NCBI GenBank assembly: GCA_963706595.1
Contig: OY970166.1
Span: forward strand, 4,800,001 to 4,864,000
Source: an uncultured cyanobacterium
Lineage (GTDB): Bacteria > Cyanobacteriota > Cyanobacteriia > Cyanobacteriales > Nostocaceae
Direction: 5' to 3'
Length of the DNA stretch: 64,000 bases
Positions 32,576 to 43,997 of this stretch are shown in pieces; position 1 is the first letter of the stretch, and every line of letters starts with the position of its first letter. The notes under the pieces are model-generated. The model saw only the letters and a list, made by a program, of their open reading frames with translations, ran no database searches and had not been told where the DNA came from. A program made the translations under genes and the position numbers.

Positions 32576-32643
32576 AAAGTCTCCCCTCTCCTTAGCAAGG
32601 AGAGGGGTTGGGGGTGAGGTTCTGTATTCTATTAATCAAAAAG

Positions 32644-33360
32644 TCATGGTACTAAAGCCAACACCCCCACAGGACAACCCGAACCATCCCGCAACCTCAA
32701 CACACCAATCATTAAAGTGCTACCCTTTGCTGGTAGCTGGTGCAAATTCGTGAGATTTTCCAAAATAATCCCTTGCTGTGCTAATACCAGATGGTTAATA
32801 CTAAAACTACTATCTTGTCCAGGGTCTACCCCATGAGTATCAATACCTAAACCAGCAATTTCTCTTTGTTCTAAAAGAAACTGAGTTACATCACAGCCAA
32901 AGCCGGGAAAGTGCATAATTCCTTCAGCATCTGGGTTAAAAAACGCAGTTTTATCTAACCATTTATCTTGCCAGCCAGTATGAAGTAGCACTAAACTGCC
33001 AGCAGTAATTTCACCGTGTTTTTTCTCCCAAGCGAGAACATCGGCAATAGTCAAGGCGTAATCAGCATTTGCCGTTGCGGCTTCGCAAATATCGATAACT
33101 ACCCCAGGTAATACCAGTGACTCAGCCGAGTATTGGTCAATACCTACCCCGTTTTCGTGAAAACTATTCGGTGCGTTGATATGAGTCGCACTGTGTTCTC
33201 CTAAACTGAAACGCCGCAGGTAATAGCCATCCTGTGGGATGTTAGCGACGGTGGTAAATTCCACTGGGGGATCATCAGGCCATTGGGGAATATCTCTGTC
33301 TATTATATGGCTGAGATGTATGACCCTGGAGTATTTTATGGTGTTTTGATTTGGTTTCAT
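32644..33360 (-). CDS. Cyclase family protein (kynurenine formamidase-like)
   Basis: GEHSATHINAP, LLHTGW, FPGF, GIDT, ILENL. Confidence 0.85.
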   Translation of the reverse strand: MKPNQNTIKYSRVIHLSHIIDRDIPQWPDDPPVEFTTVANIPQDGYYLRRFSLGEHSATHINAPNSFHENGVGIDQYSAESLVLPGVVIDICEAATANADYALTIADVLAWEKKHGEITAGSLVLLHTGWQDKWLDKTAFFNPDAEGIMHFPGFGCDVTQFLLEQREIAGLGIDTHGVDPGQDSSFSINHLVLAQQGIILENLTNLHQLPAKGSTLMIGVLRLRDGSGCPVGVLALVP

Positions 33361-33469
33361 ATATGAAAATATTTATCCAGAATTAGATGATGGGTTTCCG
33401 ATGCACAGAAAGGAGTATAGTTTTTAGAGTTGGCTTTTTACTGAAATTTTAGATTGGAGAATTACATTA

Positions 33470-33796
33470 ATGTCCACTGACACAGTTACTTATGTTGAAG
33501 AAAGTGAATTTGATGCTCTTTTAAGTAATGAAAAAGTTGTTGTTGTTGATTTTACTGCTACTTGGTGTGGTCCCTGTCGTCTTGTGAGTCCGTTAATGGA
33601 ACAACTGGCTGAGGACTACAAAGGTCGCGCTGCTGTGGTGAAGGTAGATATTGATAATAATAAACCGATTTTCAAAAGATTTGCTCTGCGTAGCATTCCG
33701 GCGGTTTTGATGTTCAAGGATGGTGAGTTAGTAGAAACCATTGTGGGAGTTTCTCCTTATGAACAGTTCAGTGGTGCTGTTGATAAGTTGGTGTAG
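33470..33796 (+). CDS. Thioredoxin
   Basis: WCGPC active site. Confidence 0.93.
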   Translation: MSTDTVTYVEESEFDALLSNEKVVVVDFTATWCGPCRLVSPLMEQLAEDYKGRAAVVKVDIDNNKPIFKRFALRSIPAVLMFKDGELVETIVGVSPYEQFSGAVDKLV

Positions 33797-34309
33797 CTGG
33801 TTTCTAATGGTGAAAAAATAGGATATATTCTTGAGGATTAGACGATTTAAAGTTAATTTATTGGAGATTTTGCGCCTTCATTACAACTAACTCTGAATTA
33901 TCTATAAAAGACTACTATGATTGTAGTTTAATTTTTTTGAAAATTACCAAGCTGAGATTCTCGACTTTTTGAACAGGTCGGGAATTTTCTTTAAAAATAC
34001 TTCCAGGATAATTTATATATCAAATATTACATTTTGCTGTGAATGGGAATTGAGGAAAATTTGACTACAATTAATTTAATAATATTCCTGTTATTAAGGG
34101 ACAGCAAGCGAAGAATTAATCCAGGAAATATTCTGTATTTCCTGGGTTTAAAATCCTAGAAACAAGTTAGTTTTTTTGTCCTCATGACCAGTGAACCTAA
34201 TCTAAAGGTGATAAATTTATTAATGATGACCTCATGCCGATATTGGCACATACGTAATTAAATTCGTTGACATCAGCTTATTAACCTGAAATCATAGTTT
34301 TTCGGCAAT

Positions 34310-35533
34310 ATGAAACTAAGTCTCTGCATGATTGTGAAAAATGAAGCCGCCACACTGCCTAAATGTTTGCACAGTGTTCAAGGTGTGGTAGATGAGATGA
34401 TCATACTAGATACCGGTTCAAGCGATCGCACTCCTCATATTGCCCAAGAATTCGGCGCAAAAGTCTATCACTTTCAATGGTGTGATGACTTCAGTGCTGC
34501 CCGGAATGCGGCGCTACAATATGTAACTGGTGATTGGATTTTGGTATTAGATGCTGACGAAACTCTTACGCCCAGTATTGTGCCACAAATGATGTCGGCA
34601 ATTGAAAGTGAAGAATATCTGCTAATTAATCTGGTGCGTCAAGAGGTTGGCGCGGAACAATCTCCCTATTCTCTGGTGTCTCGACTGTTTCGCCACCATC
34701 CCCAGATTCACTTTCAACGCCCCTACCATGCTTTAGTCGATGACAGTGTATTGGCAATTTTAACTCAAGAACCCCAGTGGCAAATTGGTTATTTACAAGG
34801 GTTGGCTATTCTACATAAAGGATATCAGAAAACTGCGATCGCTCAAAATAATAAATATGCCAAAGCCCAAACCACAATGGAAGCATTTCTGGCTACCCAT
34901 CCCAATGACCCATATCTTTGCAGTAAGTTAGGGGCTTTGTATGTGCAGATTGGCAAAATTGACCAAGGGATGAATTTACTGCTCAGAGGACTAAACCAAG
35001 CAAATGCTGTCCATCAAGCAATTACGGCAGCAGCAGAAAACTATGAAATTGTGTACGAATTACACTACCATTTAGGGATTGCTCACAGTCAATTACAAGA
35101 TTCTCAACAGGCTATATCTCATTATCAAGCTGCTATTAAGCTGCCAATTTACCCCATGCTGAAATTAGGAGCATACAACAATTTGGGTAACTTACTCAAA
35201 GCATCTGGCGATGTCAACGGGGCTAAAACTGCTTACGAAACAAGTTTAAAAATTGATCCTAACTTTGTGATGGGACACTATAACTTGGGAATGATCTTCA
35301 AAACTATGGGTTTATTTACCGATGCGATCGCCTGTTACCAAAAAGCCATCCGATGTAATCCCAGCTATGCACCAGCATATCAAAATTTAGGGGTAGTACA
35401 GCTAAAAGTTGGCAATGTTCAAGCAAGTTTAACAGCCTTTCAAAATGCCATCCTACTTTACAAACAACAAAACCCCGCAGAAGCAAACAGATTACGCCAA
35501 GGTTTACTCGACATGGGATTGATCAAATCCTGA
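34310..35533 (+). CDS. GT2 glycosyltransferase with C-terminal TPRs
   Basis: LSLCMIVKNE, DTGSSD, DFSAARN, LDADE, followed by AYNNLG/HYNLG TPRs. Confidence 0.88.
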   Translation: MKLSLCMIVKNEAATLPKCLHSVQGVVDEMIILDTGSSDRTPHIAQEFGAKVYHFQWCDDFSAARNAALQYVTGDWILVLDADETLTPSIVPQMMSAIESEEYLLINLVRQEVGAEQSPYSLVSRLFRHHPQIHFQRPYHALVDDSVLAILTQEPQWQIGYLQGLAILHKGYQKTAIAQNNKYAKAQTTMEAFLATHPNDPYLCSKLGALYVQIGKIDQGMNLLLRGLNQANAVHQAITAAAENYEIVYELHYHLGIAHSQLQDSQQAISHYQAAIKLPIYPMLKLGAYNNLGNLLKASGDVNGAKTAYETSLKIDPNFVMGHYNLGMIFKTMGLFTDAIACYQKAIRCNPSYAPAYQNLGVVQLKVGNVQASLTAFQNAILLYKQQNPAEANRLRQGLLDMGLIKS

Positions 35534-35768
35534 ATGCTGAAGGTTTGCCGGCAATTGCGGGGAAGTTTTTTGATTGTAATTGAAACAACAAACTTACTTC
35601 CTCAGTTTACCAGTGTTATGTATTATTGCGGCTTTTGCAACTCAAATAAAGCATTTCATAATAATTTAATTGCAGCTAACTTATGATTAAATTTACTAAT
35701 TTATTCCCTATTTTGTACCATTATCAGTGTTATGTAAGCAAAAGTAATCGGATTCCAGCATTCAAGTT

Positions 35769-37455
35769 ATGACACTTGTGAATAAAATTCATTTCAGGAA
35801 TCTACGGGGCGACCTGTTTGGCGGCTTAACTGCGGCAATTGTGGCATTACCCCTGGCATTAGCCTTTGGTGTTTCATCAGGTGCTGGAGCGATCGCGGGT
35901 CTCTACGGTGCTATTTTTGTCGGGTTTTTTGCAGCTCTTTTCGGTGGTACGCCCTCCCAAGTTTCTGGCCCGCACAGGCCCCATGACCGTAGTCATGACC
36001 ACAGTTTTTACAATGCTGATTGCTAGACACCCTGAGACTGGACTAGCCATGTCCTTTACAGTGGTGATCTTAGGGGGTCTGTTTCAGATTCTCTTTGGGG
36101 TGCTGCGACTAGGACAATACATCACCCTCATGCCCTACACCGTGATTTCCGGTTTCATGTCTGGCGTTGGGATAATTATTATCCTGTTGCAAATAGAACC
36201 TTTTCTCGGTTACGAAACCACAGGAGGGGTGTGGGGTGTACTGCGACAGTTACCTGTTGACTTGAGTGATCCCAAACCAGCAGCTTTAGGACTAGGTTTG
36301 CTGGCCTTGGTAATTGTATTTACTGCACCACCTCAGCTGAACCGCATTCTTCCAGCCCCATTACTGGCATTAATAGTCGGGACAGTTGTATCAGTAGTAT
36401 TTCTAGGGAATAATCCTGATATTAGTCGCATTGGCTCGTTTCCTACAGGATTACCCACCCCACGAGTTCCAGTGTTTGCCCTGAGTGATTTCAAGGATAT
36501 GATGTTTTATGGGCTGATGCTGGGGGTGTTGGGATCGATTGACTCACTGTTGACTTCCCTGGTAGCAGATAATATTACCCGCACCCAGCATAATTCTGAT
36601 CAAGAATTGATTGGTCAAGGTATTGGTAACTGCATCTCTGGGCTATTTGGGGGTTTACCCGGTGCTGGAGCCACCATGCGGACAGTGACTAATGTCCAAG
36701 CTGGAGGGCGTTCGGCTTTATCGGGGATATTTCATGCTTTGGTATTGCTGATTATTACCTTATGGGCGCGTCCTTTAACTACAGTCATTCCCCACGCAGT
36801 ACCTAGCAGGAATTTTACTCAAGGTGGGGATTGATATCATTGATTGGGGATTTATCAAACGAGCGCATCGAATTTCCCTAAAAACAACGGGTTTGATGTA
36901 TGCGGTGATGTTACTGACGGTATTTGTTGATTTAATTACCGCAGTTGCTGTGGGGGTGTTTGTGGCTAACTTGTTAACCGTTAAGAATTTAACAGATTTA
37001 CAAAGCGATCGCGTCAAGGCAAGTACAGAAGTCACAAATGAACTCAGACTGACTCCAGAAGAACAGGATCTGCTCACCAGAGCTAGAGGCGGATCTTATT
37101 GTTTCAGTTAGGCGGGCCAATGAGCTTTGGGGCGGCAAAAGTCATTTCCCAGCGCATGGCTATTGTGAAGGATTATACAGTGTTGCTTTTAGATATGAGT
37201 GATGTCTCATTATTAGGAGTCACAGCAGCGCTGGCTATTGAGACAATGGTAGAAGATGCTGTGGCTAAAAATCGTCATGTGTTTCTGGTTGGAGCCACAG
37301 GAACTGTAGAAAAGCGAATCAAAAAGTTACAGCTTTTGCAACGGTTTTCTCTGGTTTATCAAGTGGAAAATCGGTTTCAGGCTCTGGAATCTGCTTTAGA
37401 GTTAATTTTGTCAGCTACACCAGATCAACAATTTGTCAACCAGGATGTGGAGTAA
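35769..37455 (+). pseudogene. SulP/SLC26 anion (BicA-like bicarbonate) transporter with STAS domain, split by three single-base indels
   Basis: GDLFGGLTAAIVALPLALAFG, GPTGPM, GAGATMRT, STAS-like C-terminus. Frameshifts at about 35972, 36802 and 37089. Confidence 0.82.
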
Positions 37456-37556
37456 GAGCAACAAAGATTTTCTGGAGAGATCGCGATCGCCAGTCGAGAA
37501 AAGTTGGTATAACAGGGTGAATTAACAGATTGTTTAGCGATCGCTCAAACTGACTT

Positions 37557-38360
37557 ATGGATGCTTCTGAGTTATTAGAAACAATTACACACCTGATTTC
37601 CCAAGCCGAACAAGGCGACATTGATCCTTGGGATGTGCAAGTAATTGAGGTGATTGACCGTTACCTAGAACTCATGGCACCGGAGGCCAACGCTAGAAGC
37701 TATGAGTCAGACTTGTCGCAATCAGGACAAGCTTTTTTGTCAGCATCAATGCTGGTGTTATTCAAAGCCAACACTTTGATGCAATTATCTACAATCGGCG
37801 ACGCACAAGACGATTTAGCTGATGATGCCCTCTGTGCAAATGAAGATGGGTTATTACATCATGCTCATCGTCTGCAATTAGAGCGACACCTGCGCCGCCG
37901 TCCTTCAGCAATGCCACCGCCAAAGCGCCGTGTGACGCTGCAAGAGTTAATCAAGCAATTGCAGATTATGGCGAACCAGCTCCAACTTGTTCAAAGATCC
38001 AGCAAACCTATTCGCCCCAAGCGTCAGCCCAGCGCCCAAAATATGCGCCAGACCCTAGAGTTAGCTCACCAGGAGAATCTGACAGAAGTAGCTGGGGAAT
38101 TAGAGCAAGTGTTGCATTGTTCCGCAAAAGAGCTATTGCTAGCACAAAAAAATTGTGTGAATCTAGAACAACTGGTAGAATTGTGGACTCAAACAAAGCA
38201 ACCACATTCAAAGAATCCTCCCCATGAATCAGAAAATAGCCACATAATTAGTGTTTTTTGGGCGCTACTACTGCTTTCATCTCAATCTAAAGTCGAGTTA
38301 TTGCAAGACGAGTTTTACCAGGAAATTAAAATTCGGTTACTTACAGATTTAGCCAATTGA
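37557..38360 (+). CDS. scpA: Segregation and condensation protein A
   Basis: GDIDPWDV.V..VID.YL, A..L...K, F.ALL.L....KV.L.Q..FY kleisin motifs. Confidence 0.85.
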   Translation: MDASELLETITHLISQAEQGDIDPWDVQVIEVIDRYLELMAPEANARSYESDLSQSGQAFLSASMLVLFKANTLMQLSTIGDAQDDLADDALCANEDGLLHHAHRLQLERHLRRRPSAMPPPKRRVTLQELIKQLQIMANQLQLVQRSSKPIRPKRQPSAQNMRQTLELAHQENLTEVAGELEQVLHCSAKELLLAQKNCVNLEQLVELWTQTKQPHSKNPPHESENSHIISVFWALLLLSSQSKVELLQDEFYQEIKIRLLTDLAN

Positions 38361-38710
38361 CACTACCTTTGCTCAAATAGACATTAGCTGAAAATAAAAT
38401 ATGCGTGACCTTAAACCTTTGTAGATAAATTCTATAGAACGTCTCTACATTCTGTCCTCTTCTCCCCTGCACCCTGCCCCCTGCCCCCCTGCCTCTTTTG
38501 ACATCCCCGGCAGGTAGAAAACCGGGAAATTACACAAATTGGTTAAAATTATAATCGGTTACTTGTCATCTGGTCATCCTCAAGGGTTGCAATAAAGAGC
38601 AAATTCCTGTTATCCCTGTTTTTAGGCGTTACTTAGACCAGAAATTCAAACTGATGATTAAGTATCACTCAATAAAAGTAAACTGGCTTGTGTTTGAGGA
38701 ATAAAATTTT

Positions 38711-39880
38711 ATGAAAGCCATGATTCTCGCGGCGGGTAAGGGTACTCGTGTGCGTCCCATTACCTATACAATTCCCAAACCGATGATTCCTATCCTGCAA
38801 AAGCCAGTGATGGAATTCCTCCTGGAACTTTTGCGCCAACATGGATTTAACCAAATTATGGTCAATGTTAGCCATTTGGCGGAGGAAATAGAAAACTATT
38901 TTCGTGACGGTCAACGGTTTGGCGTAGAAATTGCTTATTCTTTTGAAGGCAAAATTGATGATGACGGTAAACTGGTGGGAGAAGCCATTGGTTCGGCTGG
39001 TGGAATGCGGCGTATCCAAGACTTTTCACCATTCTTTGATGATACTTTTGTAGTTTTGTGTGGTGATGCGCTCATTGACTTAGATTTATCTGCGGCTGTG
39101 AAGTGGCATAAATCTAAAGGGTCAATTGCCACCATCATTACTAAATCTGTCCCTCTGGAAGAGGTTTCCAGTTATGGTGTGGTAGTCACTGACGAAGATA
39201 GTCGCGTTATAGATTTCCAAGAAAAACCCTCGCAAGAGGAAGCTATTAGTACCAACATCAACACTGGTATTTATATTTTTGAGCCAGAAGTGTTTGAGTA
39301 CATACCTGCTGAGGTTGAATATGACATTGGTAGCCAGTTATTTCCCAAATTGGTAGAGGTTGGCGCGCCTTTCTACGCCATTGCCATGGACTTTGAATGG
39401 GTAGATATTGGTAAAGTCCCAGACTACTGGCGGGCAATTAAAGGCGTACTGCGAGGCGATATTAAAAATGTGCAAATTCCCGGTAACGAAGTCGCCCCTG
39501 GTATCTACACTGGCTTAAATGTGGCGGTGAATTGGGACAAGGTGGATATCACCGGACCAGTATACATTGGTGGCATGACGAGGATTGAAGACGGTGCTAA
39601 AATTGTTGGTCCGGCGATGATTGGCCCTAATTGCTGGATCTGCAATGGCGCAACAGTGGAGAACAGTGTAATTTTTGAATGGTCGCGATTAGGACCAGGA
39701 GTCAGACTGGTTGATAAGTTAGTATTTGGTCGTTATTGCGTAGATAAAACGGGTGATGCCATAGACGTTCAAGCTGCTGCTTTAGATTGGCTGATTACTG
39801 ATGCGCGTCAGACTCCGCCATCTGAAACACCTTTTGAACGGCAAGCGATTGAGGATTTGCTGGGGACGAATGTAATTTAG
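38711..39880 (+). CDS. cugP: NDP-sugar pyrophosphorylase (cyanobacterial UDP-glucose pyrophosphorylase type)
   Basis: MKAMILAAGKGTRVRPIT..IPKP, EKP, C-terminal hexapeptide beta-helix. Confidence 0.8.
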   Translation: MKAMILAAGKGTRVRPITYTIPKPMIPILQKPVMEFLLELLRQHGFNQIMVNVSHLAEEIENYFRDGQRFGVEIAYSFEGKIDDDGKLVGEAIGSAGGMRRIQDFSPFFDDTFVVLCGDALIDLDLSAAVKWHKSKGSIATIITKSVPLEEVSSYGVVVTDEDSRVIDFQEKPSQEEAISTNINTGIYIFEPEVFEYIPAEVEYDIGSQLFPKLVEVGAPFYAIAMDFEWVDIGKVPDYWRAIKGVLRGDIKNVQIPGNEVAPGIYTGLNVAVNWDKVDITGPVYIGGMTRIEDGAKIVGPAMIGPNCWICNGATVENSVIFEWSRLGPGVRLVDKLVFGRYCVDKTGDAIDVQAAALDWLITDARQTPPSETPFERQAIEDLLGTNVI

Positions 39881-40160
39881 GGGAATAGGGAGTGGGGAGT
39901 GGGGAGTGGGGAGTGGGGAGTAGATAAGAGGAACGGGGGCAGGGGGCAGGGTGCAGGGGAGAAGAGGAACGGGGGCAGGGGGTAGGGTGCAGGGGAACGG
40001 TTGTAGGGAGTAGGGTGCAGGGGATAAGAAGAACGGTTGTTAAGTCGCAAAAGTGTAAAGTAATTTCCAACTCCCCCTTGCTCCCTGCTCCCTGCACCCC
40101 TGCCTCTTTATTCCCCCCTGCACCCTGCCCCCTGCCTCTTCTATCCCTGCCTCTTCTCCC
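39878..40160. repeat. Heptamer tandem repeats (GGGGAGT, GGGGCAG/GGGTGCAG) in inverted arrangement between convergent genes
   Basis: Seen directly. Related tracts at about 38460-38495, 48275-48322, 53470-53495 and 55700-55730. Confidence 0.8.
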
Positions 40161-42176
40161 TTAGCTATTTAGATACGTATATCTTCCTAGACTCTGCTCG
40201 TAGGTTTGTAGCAGGCGCTGAGATTCAGCTAGGGTGATGTGTTTTTCTTCTAAGGCTTTCTCACAACGCTGACGGATATTTTCTACCATATCTTCAGAGT
40301 CATACTGCACATAGCTGACAACTTCGCTCATGGTGTCACCTTTGACGATGTGTTGAATTTGGTAGCCTTTGGGTGTCAATTGGATATGAACTGCGTTGGT
40401 ATTACCAAACAAGTTGTGCAAATTGCCCATGATTTCTTGATACGCTCCATTCAGGAACATCCCCAGATAATAGGGTGCTTCTGGCTTGAAGGTGTGCAGT
40501 TCTAAAACTGATTTGACATCGCGCAGGTCAATAAAGCGGTCGATTTTGCCATCACTATCACAGGTGAGGTCTGCTAAAATTCCTCTGCGTATGGGTTCTT
40601 CGTCTAGGCGATGTATAGGCATGATGGGGAATAGTTGGTCTATTGCCCAACAATCTGGTGCTGATTGAAACACGGAAAGGTTAATGTAATAAATGGAAGC
40701 CATAATCTTTTCTAGGTCTTCCAATTCATCAGGTACGTATTCCTGCTGTCTAGTGATATTGAGGATTTTTTGACAGCAAGCCCAGTAAAGTCGCTCGGCT
40801 TTGGCTCGTTCTTCGAGGCGTAGGATTCCTAGATTGAATCGGCTGATGGCTTCTTCTTTAAATTGGGCTGCGTCGTGGTAAAATTCTTGGTAATTATCTT
40901 GGTTGATGGATTGGTACGTTTCCCACAAGTATTTGATCACTGGGGATTCTTCTTCTTGTGGGGGTTCTGGTAATTCTAGCGGCACATCGCTAGTACTGAG
41001 AACATCGAAAATGAGTACAGACTGGTGGGAGGCGATCGCTCTTCCACTTTCGCTAATCAGTGTTGGTACGGTAATCTGTTTCTCTGCACAGGTATCTTTT
41101 AACTCGGCTACGATGTCGTTAGCATAGTTTTGCATATTGTAGTTTTTCGAGGCGTAGAAGTTGGTTTGGGAACCGTCGTAATCTACACCCAAGCCACCGC
41201 CAACATCCAGGTATTTCATATCCGCCCCCAGTAGGGCTAATTCTACGTAGATGCGGCTGGCTTCTTGAATGGCATCTTTAATCACATTGATGGCTGAGAT
41301 TTGGGAGCCAATATGGAAGTGCATCAACTGCAAACAATCGAGTAAATTAGCTTCGCGGAGTTTGTTCACAGCCCCCATGATTTCGGGAATTGTCAAACCA
41401 AACTTAGCGCGATCGCCTGTGGATGTTCCCCAGCGTCCCATCCCTTGGGTACTTAATTTGGCGCGAACTCCGACAATGGGTTTAATGCCTAACTGACGGT
41501 GTGCCGCAATCACCAAATCGACTTCCTCAACCTGTTCTATCACGATGATTGAGGTTTGCCCTAGTCTTTGGGCTAACATTGCCGTTTCGATGTATTCCCG
41601 GTCTTTGTAGCCGTTGCAAATCAGCAATGCGCCTGGTGTATCCAACAAGGCTAGAGCAATCATTAATTCCGGCTTAGAACCGGCTTCTAAGCCAAATTGA
41701 TGCGGTTTGCCAAATTTGACTAAATCTTCGATTAAATGGCGTTCTTGGTTGCACTTGACAGGAAACACGCCACGATACACGCCTGGGTAGTTATAGCGGG
41801 CGATCGCTTTGTTAAAACAAGCATTCAACCGCTCAATCCGGTCTTCCAAAATATCGGAGAAGCGAATTAACATCGGTAGTCCCAAGTTACGCTGCTTCAA
41901 GGCGTTGACTAATTCAAACAAGTCTAGCGAACCACCGCGATCGCCCTTGGGAGAAACGGTAATATGACCAGCAGCGTTAATGGAGAAATATGGCTCTCCC
42001 CAGCCTTCTATCCGGTATAAGGCTTCGCTATCCTCAATTTTCCAAGACCCAGGCAAACCTCCTGTAATATTACTAGGTGGTAGCAGCTTTTTTTGCTTGT
42101 GATTTTTCAATTCCGATTTATGTCCATTGGAAGGCATGACTACCTCTTCAGATGTAGCAGTTGATTCAGCACCCAT
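40161..42176 (-). CDS. speA: Biosynthetic arginine decarboxylase
   Basis: VFPVKCNQ, GLEAGSKPEL, HFHIGSQ, DVGGGLGVDY, DLTCDSDG. ATG at 42176. Confidence 0.96.
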   Translation of the reverse strand: MGAESTATSEEVVMPSNGHKSELKNHKQKKLLPPSNITGGLPGSWKIEDSEALYRIEGWGEPYFSINAAGHITVSPKGDRGGSLDLFELVNALKQRNLGLPMLIRFSDILEDRIERLNACFNKAIARYNYPGVYRGVFPVKCNQERHLIEDLVKFGKPHQFGLEAGSKPELMIALALLDTPGALLICNGYKDREYIETAMLAQRLGQTSIIVIEQVEEVDLVIAAHRQLGIKPIVGVRAKLSTQGMGRWGTSTGDRAKFGLTIPEIMGAVNKLREANLLDCLQLMHFHIGSQISAINVIKDAIQEASRIYVELALLGADMKYLDVGGGLGVDYDGSQTNFYASKNYNMQNYANDIVAELKDTCAEKQITVPTLISESGRAIASHQSVLIFDVLSTSDVPLELPEPPQEEESPVIKYLWETYQSINQDNYQEFYHDAAQFKEEAISRFNLGILRLEERAKAERLYWACCQKILNITRQQEYVPDELEDLEKIMASIYYINLSVFQSAPDCWAIDQLFPIMPIHRLDEEPIRRGILADLTCDSDGKIDRFIDLRDVKSVLELHTFKPEAPYYLGMFLNGAYQEIMGNLHNLFGNTNAVHIQLTPKGYQIQHIVKGDTMSEVVSYVQYDSEDMVENIRQRCEKALEEKHITLAESQRLLQTYEQSLGRYTYLNS

Positions 42177-42391
42177 TTGTCGTGACCTCTGTATTGCACC
42201 CACGAATTAACAATTTAACGCATTCGACTTGCAACGGATCTACACTCAAACAGAATTTCTGAGATAAACTCTGATTGGTCAGTAGTCATTGGTCATTTGT
42301 CATTTGTCAATGGTGTGAAATCTCCAAAACAAGAGGCAAAGGATCACAACTATGACCAGATAAAAAACGTATTAAGTTTTGGGAGATAGCT

Positions 42392-42841
42392 TTGGAACGC
42401 ACATTTTTAGCAATTAAACCTGATGGTGTACAGCGTGGACTGGTAGCGGAAATCATCCGTCGCTATGAAACTAAAGGTTTTACCCTCGTGGGCTTGAAAT
42501 TCATGAAAGTCAGCCGCGAGTTGGCTGAACAGCATTATGATGTTCACAAGGAACGACCATTTTTTCCCAGTTTAGTGGACTTTATCACCTCTGGTCCCGT
42601 AGTCGCGATGGTTTGGGAAGGTGACGGCGTTGTGGCTTCTGCGAGAAAAATTATTGGTGCTACTAACCCTTTAACGGCAGAACCTGGAACCATTCGGGGC
42701 GATTTTGGCATTAATATTGGCCGCAATCTGATCCACGGGTCTGATGGTTTGGAAACTGCACACAGAGAAATAGCTTTGTGGTTTAAAGAGGAAGAATTGG
42801 TCAATTGGGAACCAAATTTAAAACCTTGGTTGCAAGAATAA
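42392..42841 (+). CDS. ndk: Nucleoside diphosphate kinase
   Basis: [32 protein letters not shown] start. Confidence 0.97.
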   Translation: MERTFLAIKPDGVQRGLVAEIIRRYETKGFTLVGLKFMKVSRELAEQHYDVHKERPFFPSLVDFITSGPVVAMVWEGDGVVASARKIIGATNPLTAEPGTIRGDFGINIGRNLIHGSDGLETAHREIALWFKEEELVNWEPNLKPWLQE

Positions 42842-42854
42842 TTTAAGCGATGGA

Positions 42855-42994
42855 TTTAAGACGCGATGAATTTAAGACGCGATGAATTTAAGACGCGATG
42901 AATTCAAGACGCGATGAATTCAAGACGCGATGAATTCAAGACGCGATGAATTCAAGACGCGATGAATTCAAGACGCGATGAATCGCGTCTCTAC
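42855..42994. repeat. 8 x 16-bp tandem repeat TT(T/C)AAGACGCGATGAA ending in a REP-like right arm
   Basis: Three TTT units, five TTC units, then TCGCGTCTCTAC. Confidence 0.9.
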
Positions 42995-43029
42995 AAGGGG
43001 GTGGGGTACTTCACGTCCCTCACCTTACC

Positions 43030-43755
43030 TTATTTGGATACCTCACTTTTTTCTGGTTCTACTGCGGGTACTTCTTCCATGTCATTACGCACAGAGAATC
43101 CCCAAACTAGAATGATCGCGATCGCCGAAATTACGACCCATTCTGGTGGAACTAAGTTATCGTTGATGACTCTCATTAACAGGCGCAAACCGACAAACGC
43201 CACGGTGATATAACCGGCATCTTCGAGGTTTTTAAATTCGTCTAACCACCGGATAAACAACCCGGTCATAAATCGCAGGGTAATGATACCAATGGTTGCA
43301 CCAGTCAAAACTAGCCACTTTTCTTGAGAAACCGCGATCGCAGTGGTTACACTATCCAAGGAAAAGGCTAAATCTGTAAAGGCAATTACCGGGATGGCTT
43401 GTAACAATGAGTTAAACCGGGGACCGTGATGATGGTTGTCTTCGTCTTCTTTGGAGGTGAAGTGTTGAAACACCAACCACAGCAGATAAGCAGCACCTAA
43501 TAATTCAAATTGCCAGTATTTTTGTATCCAAGTGGCAGTGAGAATCAGGCTAATTCGCAGCACATAAGCAACGACTAAACCGAAGTTGAGGGCTTTGCGT
43601 TCGAGTTCCTTGTCTTCTAATCCTTGGGCGATCGCAGCGAGGGCGATCGCGTTATCAGCAGATAGCACAGCCTCTAATAGAACCAGGATTAGCAGCACTA
43701 TCGGGGCTTCAACGCTGAAATGAAAGTTAAGATAATCAAAAATTTGGTCTAGCAT
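43030..43755 (-). CDS. TerC family integral membrane protein
   Basis: LEAVLSADNA and DLAFSLDSV motifs. Confidence 0.88.
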   Translation of the reverse strand: MLDQIFDYLNFHFSVEAPIVLLILVLLEAVLSADNAIALAAIAQGLEDKELERKALNFGLVVAYVLRISLILTATWIQKYWQFELLGAAYLLWLVFQHFTSKEDEDNHHHGPRFNSLLQAIPVIAFTDLAFSLDSVTTAIAVSQEKWLVLTGATIGIITLRFMTGLFIRWLDEFKNLEDAGYITVAFVGLRLLMRVINDNLVPPEWVVISAIAIILVWGFSVRNDMEEVPAVEPEKSEVSK

Positions 43756-43997
43756 TCCGGGTTTCTCAAGCAGGAAAAATAAAAATTATCTGAAAAGTGC
43801 AACAAAATGCTACTCTTATCCAGCTTAACGTGTTGCTGCCTCATTCTCATGGGGAGGATATCCAGGCGATCGCTTTACGGTTAAGGATTTCTCAGTATTA
43901 TTCAATACACGAATAGTTTTAACATTTACTTTGCGGTGTAAAAAGATCCCCGACTTCTTGAAGAAGTCGGGGATCTGAGCCTCGCGATGTTGCCAAA

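Noticed and set aside
38498..38530. TTGACATCCCCGG...CCGGG as a second IS605 right-end remnant
   Set aside because: It is too short and degenerate, and could equally be a -35 element plus a chance hairpin.
39795..40097. 100-aa Pro-rich ORF
   Set aside because: It is a translation of heptamer tandem repeats.
42855..42982. Possible CRISPR array
   Set aside because: The 16-bp units are contiguous with no unique spacers, and no cas genes are nearby.
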